Positions 1 through 9,136 of a stretch of 64,000 nt of DNA are shown here, piece after piece. The number at the start of each line of letters is the position of its first letter. Positions within the stretch are counted from its first letter, which is position 1. The notes under the pieces are model-generated. The model saw only the letters and a list, made by a program, of their open reading frames with translations. It did no database searches and had not been told where the DNA came from. The position numbers and the translations under genes are program-made. Source of the DNA: an uncultured Acidobacteriota bacterium (GTDB lineage: Bacteria; Actinomycetota; Acidimicrobiia; Spongiisociales; ZC4RG35); NCBI GenBank assembly GCA_963828465.1, contig CAWHEU010000020.1, positions 160,001 through 224,000 on the forward strand. Reading direction: 5' to 3'.

Positions 1-814
1 GCAGGAGCTCGGTGTAACCGACCGCGAACAGCTGGCGGTCGAAGTCATCCAGCAGCCGGAAAAGGGCTTCCTGGGCATTGGTGGTCAGGACGCGGTGGTC
101 AGGGTCGTGCGCCGGAAGAGCCGGCGTCGTCGCAATGATCGTAAGCGGGAGAGCAGGGGTCAGGGTCAGGACCGTGGATCCAAGCAGCAAAAAGCACCGG
201 CTTCGGCTAAGAATGGTGGCGGCAATCAACGGGTCCAACAATCGCAGAGCAAGGGTCGTCATATGAACCAACAGGGAGAGAAGCGAGAGCCCAAGATCGA
301 CGATCGTCCCGATATCACGATCGAGGAGCAGGCCCGGATCGCAACCCAGTTTCTCGAGGGTTTGGTTGATGCATTTGGTCTGGAAGGGACCGTTACCACC
401 AAGATCGAAGACGATATCATCGTCGCCGACGTCGACGGGGAGCAGACCGAGGCTCTGGTCGGGGTCCGGGGCTCGGTTCGATCGGCAATTCATGAGCTGA
501 CCCGGACCGTCATGCAGCGGTACGGTCATGACACGGCCCGTCTTCGCCTCGATATCGCCGGATATGCCGAGAGACGGCGTCAGGCGCTGACTATCTACGC
601 CGATCGGCTCATCGACCAACTCATGGTCGAAGGTGGCGAGGTCATGCTGGAACCGATGAGCCCGGCCGATCGAAAAGTGATCCACGACACCGCCGCCGCT
701 CGAGAGGGCGTCAACTCCTACTCCGAAGGGGAATCGCCCCGTCGCTACGTGGTTCTCACCGCAACTGCCCCAGCTGCCGCCACTGCCGACACGCAGAGCG
801 AGGAAGAGGAGTGA
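1..814 (+). CDS. jag: Jag/EloR/KhpB RNA-binding protein (Jag_N-KH-R3H), 5'-truncated by the window edge
   Basis: Frame open from nt 2 (EVIQQPEKGFLGIGG, Jag_N-like); R3H-like LEPMSPADRKVIHD and SEGESPRRYVV; lies upstream of rsmG-parAB. Confidence 0.92.
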   Translation, partial: QELGVTDREQLAVEVIQQPEKGFLGIGGQDAVVRVVRRKSRRRRNDRKRESRGQGQDRGSKQQKAPASAKNGGGNQRVQQSQSKGRHMNQQGEKREPKIDDRPDITIEEQARIATQFLEGLVDAFGLEGTVTTKIEDDIIVADVDGEQTEALVGVRGSVRSAIHELTRTVMQRYGHDTARLRLDIAGYAERRRQALTIYADRLIDQLMVEGGEVMLEPMSPADRKVIHDTAAAREGVNSYSEGESPRRYVVLTATAPAAATADTQSEEEE

Positions 815-876
815 GTAATGGGTGGTGAGTGGTGAGTATTCAGAACCCACCACCCAAAACTCGCCACCCATAACTA
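812..876. repeat. Heptamer-periodic inverted repeat element (TGRGTNN)n...(NNACYCA)n
   Basis: TGAGTAA TGGGTGG TGAGTGG TGAGTAT TCA gaACCCA ccACCCA aaACTCG ccACCCA taACT. Confidence 0.8.
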
Positions 877-900
877 CCCCCGCCCCCGGGCGGGGTAACT

Positions 901-916
901 TGTTTCACGTGGAACC
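901..916. promoter_or_regulatory. parS site
   Basis: TGTTTCACGTGGAACC vs consensus TGTTTCACGTGAAACA (2 mismatches), next to parAB. Confidence 0.85.
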
Positions 917-1514
917 TTCCCACCTTCTTTGGGCTCGGTGCAGCGAGTGGGCCGGTCGTGAGCTATCCCCGACCCGTGTCTCCACTCTCGAACGGTATCG
1001 GGACTGGCTGCTCACCGAAGCGGTGGAAGCCGGTGGTATCGGCCCCAACGAGGCAGTTCGGGTCGACAACCGGCATATCGGTGACTCATTGCTTTTTGCC
1101 GGGGGATTTCGAGACACGCCGGATCTCGTTCTCGACGTTGGCTCCGGGGTTGGTCTACCCGGGATTCCGCTCAGCGTCGTGATGCCCGATACCCGTTTTG
1201 TACTTCTCGATCGATCGGGCCGGCGGGTCGATCTGATGAGACGGGTGACCCGCATGCTGGAACTGCCCAATGTCGAGGTGGTACATGGAGATATCTCGGA
1301 CTGGGATACACCGGTCGATGGGATTGTCTCCCGGGCCAGTCTCTCCCCGGATCATGCGTTGGTGACTTTCACACGTCTTCTGCAGCCGGGGGGCAGGGCC
1401 GTGGTGGGAGGTTCGTGGGCGGCGCCACCGGTGGTGGTGGGCTTCGACCTGCTCGAGGTTCCGGGCACGGTCCTTGACCAAACTGTTTGGCTTCTTATCA
1501 TGCGTCCTCAGTGA
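909..1514 (+). CDS. rsmG: 16S rRNA m7G527 methyltransferase RsmG/GidB
   Basis: RHIGDSL, LDVGSGVGLPGIPL, VSRA motifs; GTG start at 909 inferred from TAACTT -10 7 nt upstream (ORF is open from 822). Confidence 0.9.
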   Translation: MEPSHLLWARCSEWAGRELSPTRVSTLERYRDWLLTEAVEAGGIGPNEAVRVDNRHIGDSLLFAGGFRDTPDLVLDVGSGVGLPGIPLSVVMPDTRFVLLDRSGRRVDLMRRVTRMLELPNVEVVHGDISDWDTPVDGIVSRASLSPDHALVTFTRLLQPGGRAVVGGSWAAPPVVVGFDLLEVPGTVLDQTVWLLIMRPQ

Positions 1515-2293
1515 GCGAGAAGCGCCCTCTGGTTGTCGCGTTGGCCAATCAAAAAGGTGGCGTGGGCAAATCGACCACCGCCATCAATCTGGCCGCGGCG
1601 TTGGCCTTTCAGGGTCAGCGTACACTTCTCATCGATCTCGACCCGCAGGGCAATGCCACTAGTGGTCTCGGGGTGGATCGCTCAGCAATCAGCACCTCGA
1701 TATATGAAGTCCTGCTCAAGGAGGCCGAGACGGATGATGCGATAGAGCCCACGTCGGTGCGGGATTTGTTCGTCATCCCGGCCACGATCGACCTGGCCGG
1801 CGCCGAGATCGAGCTCGTCTCCCTGCTTTCACGTGAAACACGTCTGCGGACCGCCATTGCCGATCTCGATCAGGGCTTCGAGGCGATACTGATCGATTGT
1901 CCTCCCTCTCTGGGTCTGCTCACCGTCAACGCCTTCACTGCTGCCGATGAGGTGTTGATCCCGATCCAGTGTGAGTACTACGCCCTGGAAGGTCTCACTC
2001 AGTTGTTGCGCAATGTCCAATTGGTGACGGCAAATCTCAATAAGGACTTGAAGGTTGGCGGTGTGGTGCTCACCATGTACGACGGTCGAACCAAGCTGTC
2101 CAAGGATGTGGCCGAGCAGGTCCGTGAGCATTTTGCCGAGACCGCCTATCGCACGGTGATTCCGCGCTCGGTGCGTCTCTCCGAGGCTCCTTCCTACGGG
2201 GAACCGATCGAGGCGTTCGATCCGATGAGCCGGGGAGCCATTGCTTATCGACAACTGGGACGGGAGTTCATCGAACGCCACGGGCTGAACTAG
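1511..2293 (+). CDS. parA: Chromosome partitioning ATPase ParA/Soj
   Basis: NQKGGVGKST, DLDPQGNAT, IDCPPSLG, PIQCEYYALEG; GTG overlaps the rsmG stop. Confidence 0.97.
   Translation: MSEKRPLVVALANQKGGVGKSTTAINLAAALAFQGQRTLLIDLDPQGNATSGLGVDRSAISTSIYEVLLKEAETDDAIEPTSVRDLFVIPATIDLAGAEIELVSLLSRETRLRTAIADLDQGFEAILIDCPPSLGLLTVNAFTAADEVLIPIQCEYYALEGLTQLLRNVQLVTANLNKDLKVGGVVLTMYDGRTKLSKDVAEQVREHFAETAYRTVIPRSVRLSEAPSYGEPIEAFDPMSRGAIAYRQLGREFIERHGLN
1825..1840. promoter_or_regulatory. Second parS site, inside parA
   Basis: GCTTTCACGTGAAACA, 14/16 match to the consensus. Confidence 0.7.
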
Positions 2294-2299
2294 GAGGAT

Positions 2300-3157
2300 G
2301 TGATGACGGGTCGACGTACGGGCTTGGGCCGGGGTCTGGAGTCATTGATCCCCATCGATCCGGCCCCAGTCGAATCAGGGGGCTTCCGACAGATCCCGGT
2401 CGATCAGATCAAGGTCAACCCGGACCAGCCCCGCTCGCGATTCGACGACGAGTCGCTCGAGGAGATGGCCGACTCGATGAAGGAGGTGGGCATCCTCCAG
2501 CCAATCGTGGTGACCGCAGCGGACGAGGGCTATGTCTTGATCGCCGGGGAACGACGCTGGCGGGCAGCGAAGCGAGCCGGGTTGGGTGTCATACCGGCGG
2601 TGATTCGTGAGGCCACCGGTCAGCCGACGCTGGTCGAGGCTTTGATCGAGAACGTGCAGCGCCAGGATCTCACCCCACTCGAGGAGGCTCACGCCTACCA
2701 ACAGCTTCTGGAAAATTATGGAATGACCCAGGAGCAGGTGGCAGGGCGCGTCGGCAAGTCGAGGCCCACGATCGCGAACACCTTGCGTCTCCTTCAGTTG
2801 CCGATAGAGGTCCAGGAGATGGTCGATGCCGGCGAGCTCTCGGCCGGGCACGCCCGCGCTCTGGTCGGAATGGAGGACGCCGCCTACGCCACACACCTCG
2901 CGGGCCGAGCGGTCGACGAGGGGTGGAGCGTTCGGCAGATGGAGGACGCAGTCAGGATGAGAAAGGGGGAGCGGCGCAACAGCCCGACCGGTGTTCGTCA
3001 GCTCCGGCCTGTAGAGATCATCGAGCTCGAGAAGCGGCTCACCGACCACCTCGGCACACCGGTGAAGATCAGCTACCGGAACGAGAAGGGCAAGATGGAG
3101 ATCAGGTTCGGCTCATTGGGAGAGCTCGAGCGCCTCTATCGAATGTTCAACGGCTAG
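2300..3157 (+). CDS. parB: ParB/Spo0J
   Basis: GLGRGLESLI, NPDQPR, LIAGERRWRAA, ENVQRQDL, HTH GKSRPTIANTLRLL. Confidence 0.97.
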   Translation: MMTGRRTGLGRGLESLIPIDPAPVESGGFRQIPVDQIKVNPDQPRSRFDDESLEEMADSMKEVGILQPIVVTAADEGYVLIAGERRWRAAKRAGLGVIPAVIREATGQPTLVEALIENVQRQDLTPLEEAHAYQQLLENYGMTQEQVAGRVGKSRPTIANTLRLLQLPIEVQEMVDAGELSAGHARALVGMEDAAYATHLAGRAVDEGWSVRQMEDAVRMRKGERRNSPTGVRQLRPVEIIELEKRLTDHLGTPVKISYRNEKGKMEIRFGSLGELERLYRMFNG

Positions 3158-4127
3158 TTGCAAATTCGCCTGCGGCGTTGGCGAAGAACTGGGTCAGACC
3201 GTCAACCACGGAGTACCCGACCTCCTCGTCGAGTTTGCCACGGGAAACAACCACGGCGGGCGCCCGTGTCTCCTTGAGGAGAGCGCCGGCCCGCCCCTCG
3301 ACCTTGCCGCCAAGCGCCGAGGCCAGGGACCGGGCGAGCAATTCACCCGCCTCGGACCGGCTGTGCTCCGAGGCAAAGTAAAAGACAGCGTCATCCCCAT
3401 CGGGGCTCAGCTGGAAGGCAACGATGAGATCGGCGCCGAGGATGTTGGCCCGATGGGCCCTCAGCCGCTCCGGGACCGATCCGTCCTGTGACCTCGACAT
3501 CACCGGGAGCCCGCCCAACTCTTGCAGCCCAAGTGCGGCGGCCGACGCCGCCTCCCACGTGACAGACGCCTCGTGAGTGTCCCGACAACCTGCGTCGAGG
3601 TAGACCCTGGCCCCGGCGACGGTGGGTGGGAGGCGACGGAGCCATTCCCGTTCACGCACCGATTGCCGACCCTCTTTCATCTCGCCGCGGGTCACCAGAT
3701 GGATCTCGGTGACCACCTCCGGTCCTGCCTTTCCATCTTCTGCCAGGTTGCGGTTGTGCTGGAATTCGATGATGGCCTCTTCGGTCTTGGGTCCGAAGAT
3801 CCCGTCGACCTTGCCCACGTCGAAGCCGAGCGAGCTGAGACGGGACTGGATCTCTGAGACGTCCTCCCCTCGCATCATCGGCCGGCGGAGGAAGAGCATC
3901 CGGTCACCGAGGCGGTACCCGGCCTCATAGAGCGAGCGCCAGGTGTCGGGGCCGACGATGCCGTCGACGTCGAGTCCCCTGGCCTTCTGGAATTCCTGGA
4001 CCGACGCCTTTGTGCCTTCGCCGAAGGTCGACGCGGGATCTGACTCGGTGGGGTAGCCCAGGGCATCAAGACGCTCCTGGATGTCCCGCACCGCTGCTCC
4101 CTCGTCACCGACGCGATAGAGACGCAT
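3147..4127 (-). CDS. CwlM-like protein (two peptidoglycan-binding domains + degenerate Amidase_3)
   Basis: Two PG_binding_1 repeats (FQKARGLDVDGIVGPDTW; VDGIFGPKT); C-terminal amidase-like domain; trxA-cwlM-parB synteny. Confidence 0.85.
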   Translation of the reverse strand: MRLYRVGDEGAAVRDIQERLDALGYPTESDPASTFGEGTKASVQEFQKARGLDVDGIVGPDTWRSLYEAGYRLGDRMLFLRRPMMRGEDVSEIQSRLSSLGFDVGKVDGIFGPKTEEAIIEFQHNRNLAEDGKAGPEVVTEIHLVTRGEMKEGRQSVREREWLRRLPPTVAGARVYLDAGCRDTHEASVTWEAASAAALGLQELGGLPVMSRSQDGSVPERLRAHRANILGADLIVAFQLSPDGDDAVFYFASEHSRSEAGELLARSLASALGGKVEGRAGALLKETRAPAVVVSRGKLDEEVGYSVVDGLTQFFANAAGEFATSR

Positions 4128-4128
4128 G

Positions 4129-4175
4129 TGGGTTACAGGTTATAGGTCATAGGTTTTAGGCACCTACGACCTACA
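4129..4175. repeat. Heptamer-periodic inverted repeat element, (TAGGTNN)n variant
   Basis: TGGGTTA CAGGTTA TAGGTCA TAGGTTT TAGGC ACCTACG ACCTACA. Confidence 0.75.
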
Positions 4176-4181
4176 ACGCTT

Positions 4182-4502
4182 CTACAAGAACTCAGCGAGC
4201 TCTTGCAAGAGGCGGTGCTTTGGTGCTGCGCCGACGATTCTCTTCTTCTCGACACCATCCTGGAAGAGGATCAAGGTCGGGATGCTCATCACGTCGTGTT
4301 GTGCCGCCGGCATCGGGTTGTGGTCGACATTCAGTTTTCCGATCGTGAGGCCGGCGTGCTCGTCGGCGATTTCCTCGAGCACCGGGGCGATCACCCGGCA
4401 CGGACCGCACCATTCAGCCCAGAAATCGACGAGGATCGGCGTGTCGGCGCTTATGGCGTCGTTGAAGGTGCCGTCGTTGAGAGTGACGATGTTCTCGGCC
4501 AT
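4182..4502 (-). CDS. trxA: Thioredoxin
   Basis: FWAEWCGPC; ATG at 4502 with AAGGAG SD. Confidence 0.97.
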   Translation of the reverse strand: MAENIVTLNDGTFNDAISADTPILVDFWAEWCGPCRVIAPVLEEIADEHAGLTIGKLNVDHNPMPAAQHDVMSIPTLILFQDGVEKKRIVGAAPKHRLLQELAEFL

Positions 4503-4533
4503 TGGTTGGGTCTCTCCTTGAGGTGTCAGAGTC

Positions 4534-5460
4534 TCATTCCAGGCCGGCCAACCACCGCTCTGCGTCGATGGCCGCCATGCACCCGGTCCCTGCCGCAGTG
4601 ACCGCCTGGCGATAGGTGTGATCGGCGACGTCACCGGCGGCGAACACTCCGTTCACATCCGTGCGGGTGCTGCCGTCGGGCGACGTCACTATGTATCCAT
4701 TCTCGTCCAGAACGAGTCCTTCGGCGAACAAATCGGTGTTGGGCTTGTGCCCGATGGCCACGAACACGCCATTGGCCGCCATCTCCTGCGTCTTGCCGGT
4801 GATGGTGTCTTCGAGGGTCACCTTCTCGACGGTGGTGCTCCCGTGGATCTCGGTCAGCACGGTGTTCCACAGCACCACGATCTTCTCGTGGTCCAGCACG
4901 CGCTGCGCCATGATCTTCGAAGCCCGGAACTCGTCACGGCGATGGACGATCGTGACCTTCGAGGCGAACTTGGTCAAGAACAGGGCTTCCTCCATGGCGG
5001 TGTCACCTCCGCCGACCACGACCAGCTCCTGGTCCCTGAAGAAGAACCCGTCACAGGTGGCACAGGCCGACACCCCACGCCCGGTCAATTCCTCTTCACC
5101 GGGGATCCCCAGCCACTTCGCGGTGGCGCCGGTGGCGACGATGACGGCATCCGCCGTGTAGTCATCCCCACCGACCTCGACCTGGAGTGGCCGGGAATCG
5201 AAGTCAACGCTGGTCACATCGACCTGCTGCATGCGAGCCCCGAAACGCTCGGCCTGCTTGCGGAACTGGTCCATCAGTTCCGGGCCGAGGATGCCGTCAG
5301 GAAAACCCGGATAGTTCTCGACATCGGTCGTGATCATCAGTTGGCCTCCTGCAGCCACCCCCTCGAAAACGAGCGGGTCGAGGTCGGCGCGGGCGGCATA
5401 GAGGGCGGCGGTCAGTCCCGCCGGCCCGGAGCCGATGATGATCAACTTCTCGTGACTCAT
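4534..5460 (-). CDS. trxB: Thioredoxin reductase
   Basis: [36 protein letters not shown]. Confidence 0.97.
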   Translation of the reverse strand: MSHEKLIIIGSGPAGLTAALYAARADLDPLVFEGVAAGGQLMITTDVENYPGFPDGILGPELMDQFRKQAERFGARMQQVDVTSVDFDSRPLQVEVGGDDYTADAVIVATGATAKWLGIPGEEELTGRGVSACATCDGFFFRDQELVVVGGGDTAMEEALFLTKFASKVTIVHRRDEFRASKIMAQRVLDHEKIVVLWNTVLTEIHGSTTVEKVTLEDTITGKTQEMAANGVFVAIGHKPNTDLFAEGLVLDENGYIVTSPDGSTRTDVNGVFAAGDVADHTYRQAVTAAGTGCMAAIDAERWLAGLE

Positions 5461-5467
5461 CTCTGTA

Positions 5468-5740
5468 TCAGGTCCTCTTCAACCACAGATAGGTGCCTGC
5501 TCCGACGAATACGAGACCAAAGACAGCAAAGGCCCCGGCCGTCGTCAACGGGATCTCGAGGGCCCCGAATATCGCCAGAAACAGGAACAACAATGCTGAC
5601 AACCCGAGGCTGGCCGCCAGGATTCCCAGCCCGGTGACACGGATCCCCTTGGCCACACGGTCGACTGTCAGCGAACGGATCTTGATAGTGATCTGCTCGA
5701 GGATCTCGGCGAACCTGGCGGCTAATTCTTCCACTGGCAC
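5468..5740 (-). CDS. Small two-TM membrane protein
   Basis: 90 aa with two hydrophobic helices; in line with the sigM-trxB genes. Confidence 0.7.
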   Translation of the reverse strand: MPVEELAARFAEILEQITIKIRSLTVDRVAKGIRVTGLGILAASLGLSALLFLFLAIFGALEIPLTTAGAFAVFGLVFVGAGTYLWLKRT

Positions 5741-5770
5741 CGAGATTAGTTACCCCGTCGTCCGTGTCGG

Positions 5771-6517
5771 CTATCCGACGTAGACGATCTCACATTGGGG
5801 GAGCACGACGAAGGTGACGATCGGCTCCGCGTCTGGATCCTCCGGCATGACCAGCAGATAGACCTGATCGAGATCGATCTCGTCTACCACCATGTGCTCA
5901 TCGAGGGCCACTCGAGCAAGGCATGCTTCGACGTCGCGATCGGTGCCCTGGGTGACAGCCCGGTCGGCTTGATTGGCACGAGCTTCTTCTGCGAGCTCGG
6001 CGAAGGGAAGCGCGAGACTTTCCTCACCACCGGACGCGGCGACCGTCGTTTCTGTCGCGGCAGCGGTGGTTGTCGCCATCTCGGGTGCCGACTCACCGTC
6101 ATCGCTTCCCTGAGCGACGAACGGGGCCTCTTCGGTGGGCGCATCGAGCGCTTCGGCGACGGTTGTTGCGCCAGATTCGGCACTGTCGTTCAGTGCGCCA
6201 TTGTTGAGAACGCTGACCAGTCCAACGGTGATGAACAGCCCGGCGGCTACGTAGGCGAGGCGCTGCCACCACGGTGTGGCCGGGCTCTTCCCGGGCTGAT
6301 TGCGCAACTCGGTCCACAGATCGCGATGGAGAGCTGCCTTCTCCAGATCGGTCATCTCCGCAGCGGGAGTGGCAGCCAGCCATCCGATCACCTCGGTCTG
6401 GGTGCGGTACTCCTCACGACACTCCGGGCAGGACTCGACGAGGGCGCGCGCCTCGGCCTCATCGCTCAGAGAGCCATCAGCGAGGGCGGCGATCAGATCG
6501 AGGGGATGGTCATGCAT
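5771..6517 (-). CDS. Anti-sigma factor (RsmA-like; CxxC, TM helix, extracytoplasmic domain)
   Basis: ALVESCPEC near the N-terminus, one TM helix, directly downstream of an ECF sigma gene. Confidence 0.8.
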   Translation of the reverse strand: MHDHPLDLIAALADGSLSDEAEARALVESCPECREEYRTQTEVIGWLAATPAAEMTDLEKAALHRDLWTELRNQPGKSPATPWWQRLAYVAAGLFITVGLVSVLNNGALNDSAESGATTVAEALDAPTEEAPFVAQGSDDGESAPEMATTTAAATETTVAASGGEESLALPFAELAEEARANQADRAVTQGTDRDVEACLARVALDEHMVVDEIDLDQVYLLVMPEDPDAEPIVTFVVLPQCEIVYVG

Positions 6518-6527
6518 TCGAATCTTT

Positions 6528-6555
6528 GGACGGTCTCATTGGTCGTTTTGGTTCC
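6528..6555 (-). promoter_or_regulatory. SigM-type promoter at the 3' end of the sigma gene
   Basis: Minus strand GGAACC-N17-CGTCC just upstream of the anti-sigma ATG; resembles the mycobacterial SigM consensus GGAAC-N16-18-CGTC. Confidence 0.6.
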
Positions 6556-7084
6556 CCAGCTGCTTGGCGAGGAGACGGCGGCCGCGAAAGACACGGGACT
6601 TCACGGTCCCGATTGGAATTCCGAGGATCTCCGCGGCATCGGGGAGCGATAGTCCCTCGAGGTCGGAGAGAATCACGGCATTGCGGAAGTCGGCGGGCAG
6701 TTCGGCGAGGGCGGCCTCGATCTCGGGTCGCAAGGCGGCGGATTCGATCGCCTCCTCTGCTGAAGGGTCCGAAGGGTCGACATGTTCGGGGAGGCTCTCG
6801 GAGGGCCTTCGCTGGGCGCGCCGGAGTTGGTCGTAACAGGTGTTCACCGCGATCCGGTAGATCCAGGTCCCAACCGCCGACCGGCCCTGGAACTGGCCCG
6901 CCTTGCGAAACACAGTGAGGAATGTTTCCTGGGTCGCATCGAGGGCTTTCTCACGGTCTCCCAGGATGCGGAGGCACACCGAGAACACCCGGTCCTCGTG
7001 ATTTCGCATCACTGCGTCGAATGCATCCCGGTCTCCGGAGACGACCCGAGTCAGCAGCTCGGCTTCGTTGCCGGGGACCGTCAC
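6536..7084 (-). CDS. sigM: ECF sigma factor, SigM-like
   Basis: DATQETFL, TWIYRIAVN, GTVKSRVFRGR; upstream of trxBA as in other actinobacteria; leaderless GTG after TACGAT. Confidence 0.85.
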   Translation of the reverse strand: MTVPGNEAELLTRVVSGDRDAFDAVMRNHEDRVFSVCLRILGDREKALDATQETFLTVFRKAGQFQGRSAVGTWIYRIAVNTCYDQLRRAQRRPSESLPEHVDPSDPSAEEAIESAALRPEIEAALAELPADFRNAVILSDLEGLSLPDAAEILGIPIGTVKSRVFRGRRLLAKQLGNQNDQ

Positions 7085-8373
7085 GGGGTGAATCGTACTT
7101 CTCCAAGCTCCCCGTAATAGGTTCCGTCCGGCTGCTCGGGGAAGTCGGTCATCCACAGCAACCAGTGCCCTCCCTCACGTCTCGGGAGGGAAAAGAGGGT
7201 GGTGCTCGACTCCGCAGTAGCGGTCAGGGCGCGTTCCCATCCATCGATCCCATCGGGTGGGTCCTGAGCCCAGTAGATGCTGAACTCGGTGCCGTTGGTG
7301 AGTCCCACCAGTTGCACGGCCGATGGCGCGCCACTCACCTGAAAGCGGAGCCCGACGCCGGGCTTCACCAGCGAGACGGGGTCCTGATATCGCTCCGACC
7401 TCCAGATCGTCGATGCACTGCCGTCGAGGACATCGCCGAGTGCCTCGTCGTTCTCGCTGCCTTCCCCGAAGGGATCGAAGGATCCGAAGTCGACCACGCG
7501 CACCGGACCCGGTGCCACGGTCGTTCCGGTGCCCGCGGTTGTCGTGGTCGCCGGGTTGGCGCCCACGGTGGTCGTGGGGGAAATGGGGATGATCTGGCCT
7601 CCACCGATGAAGAGCCGCCCCAACGCCACCAGACCCACGGCCAGGATCACGAGCCCGACGGCGACGTAGAGAAGGCGCCGCGACGTTGACAGCGGCTCCG
7701 GTTGAGCTGGTCGGAGGGTCGGGGAGGCGAGGAGGGCCTTCTCCAACTCGGCGGCATCGAGGTTGCCCGACTGAGCGGAACGCAGCACCCGGTCAACGGC
7801 CCTCGGGACCCCATCGATGCTCTCAGAGGGGGGCGGGCCGCCGGGCGCCGACCCGGTGAGGGCCGTTTCGAGAGCGGCAGCCAGTGCCCGGACATCGCCG
7901 TCCTGATCGGTGCGTGTCTCCCGACCGAACGCTCCGAGTTTCGCTGGATGGGCAACCGACCACGAGATAGCGGAGAGATCGACCTGCCCGTGCACCGCGC
8001 CTGACTCATGCAGCGCGGCGAGAGCACCTGCCAGACCTGACGCGTTGGGCAGGAACTCCTCCAGACCGACGGTCTGATCCGCCTCCAGCCGATCGGCGGC
8101 GGATGCCCCACCTGTCCACTCACAGACGGCGTAGGCGCCGCCAGTGGCATCCTCGACCGCGAAAACCCGGGAAAGATGGGGATGCCCGGTCTTGGCGGCT
8201 CCGCTCACGCTCGCGATGAATCGTTCCCTTCGCTCCGGGCTCGACTCCGGCCCGAGGGACCGGATGAGGACTGGGCGCTCGAGGGACGTATCAGTCGCCA
8301 GCCACTCCTCGATGTCGTTGTCGCGCCCGAGCCGCATCTCGAGGCGGTAACGGTCGGAGACCGGGGGTGGCAT
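7081..8373 (-). CDS. Ser/Thr pseudokinase-TM-extracellular beta-sandwich protein (like the MviN accessory region)
   Basis: RYRLEMRLG, DTSLERPV; HGQVD and AFG replace HRD and DFG; TM helix; FDPFGEGSEND and DGSASTIWRSERY. Confidence 0.75.
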   Translation of the reverse strand: MPPPVSDRYRLEMRLGRDNDIEEWLATDTSLERPVLIRSLGPESSPERRERFIASVSGAAKTGHPHLSRVFAVEDATGGAYAVCEWTGGASAADRLEADQTVGLEEFLPNASGLAGALAALHESGAVHGQVDLSAISWSVAHPAKLGAFGRETRTDQDGDVRALAAALETALTGSAPGGPPPSESIDGVPRAVDRVLRSAQSGNLDAAELEKALLASPTLRPAQPEPLSTSRRLLYVAVGLVILAVGLVALGRLFIGGGQIIPISPTTTVGANPATTTTAGTGTTVAPGPVRVVDFGSFDPFGEGSENDEALGDVLDGSASTIWRSERYQDPVSLVKPGVGLRFQVSGAPSAVQLVGLTNGTEFSIYWAQDPPDGIDGWERALTATAESSTTLFSLPRREGGHWLLWMTDFPEQPDGTYYGELGEVRFTP

Positions 8374-8399
8374 AGCCCTAGTTCAGCACCGAGCAGCCC

Positions 8400-9119
8400 T
8401 CAAGCCCCATATCTCAACAGGTGGAGCGGTGTCTCTCGGGCTTGAAACCCTTCCCGCTCGTAGAGACGGCGAGCCCGGTCGTTCTCGGGCCTGAGATTGA
8501 GAACGAGCGCACGCGACCCGCGTTTGGAGGCCCAGAGAGCGGAGGCCCGCACCAACGACCCGCCTATGCCCCGGCTGGAAAATGATGGGTCGACAGCCAC
8601 ACGCTGCAGGTAGGACACTGTCATTTGGGAGCCGACCAGGGCATAACCGGCGAGTTCGTTCTCGACTCGGGCGGTGAGGACGGTGGCGCGCGGCGTTGCC
8701 CTCATCGCCTCGACCAACCCCGACTCGCTCATCGTCCAGAACCCGTCGAAGGCGAGGTGATCTAATGCCACCAAGGGGTCCCAGGCGGGGACATTGGTCG
8801 CCTCGACCTCATGCTCCGGTGCGCCGATCCCGGCTCCCAATGCCATCTCCATCACATCGAGCAGTCGGAACGGCGTGAATCCGGCCGAAATCCAGACCTT
8901 CGTAGCCGACGGGTAGAGAGCGGGGGAGTAGACGATGCCCGACCCCATCGACCCGAGAAGCTCTGCGACGGACCTGAGGAACTCATGGGTGCCCCGCTCG
9001 AGACGCACCGCGGGGTCGGGGAAGTCATCGTTCCATGGCCGTGCCAGTGCTTTGGCCCAACCCCTGCGCACGGTCACCGAGCCGGGCCAGACCCCATCGA
9101 GATGCAGGCGATCGGGCAC
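8400..9119 (-). CDS. GNAT acetyltransferase (RimI-like C-terminal domain)
   Basis: YLQRVAVDPSFSSRGIG, NDRARRLYEREGF; leaderless GTG after TACTCT. Confidence 0.85.
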   Translation of the reverse strand: MPDRLHLDGVWPGSVTVRRGWAKALARPWNDDFPDPAVRLERGTHEFLRSVAELLGSMGSGIVYSPALYPSATKVWISAGFTPFRLLDVMEMALGAGIGAPEHEVEATNVPAWDPLVALDHLAFDGFWTMSESGLVEAMRATPRATVLTARVENELAGYALVGSQMTVSYLQRVAVDPSFSSRGIGGSLVRASALWASKRGSRALVLNLRPENDRARRLYEREGFQARETPLHLLRYGA

Positions 9120-9136
9120 CTGTGGGAGAGTACGGC

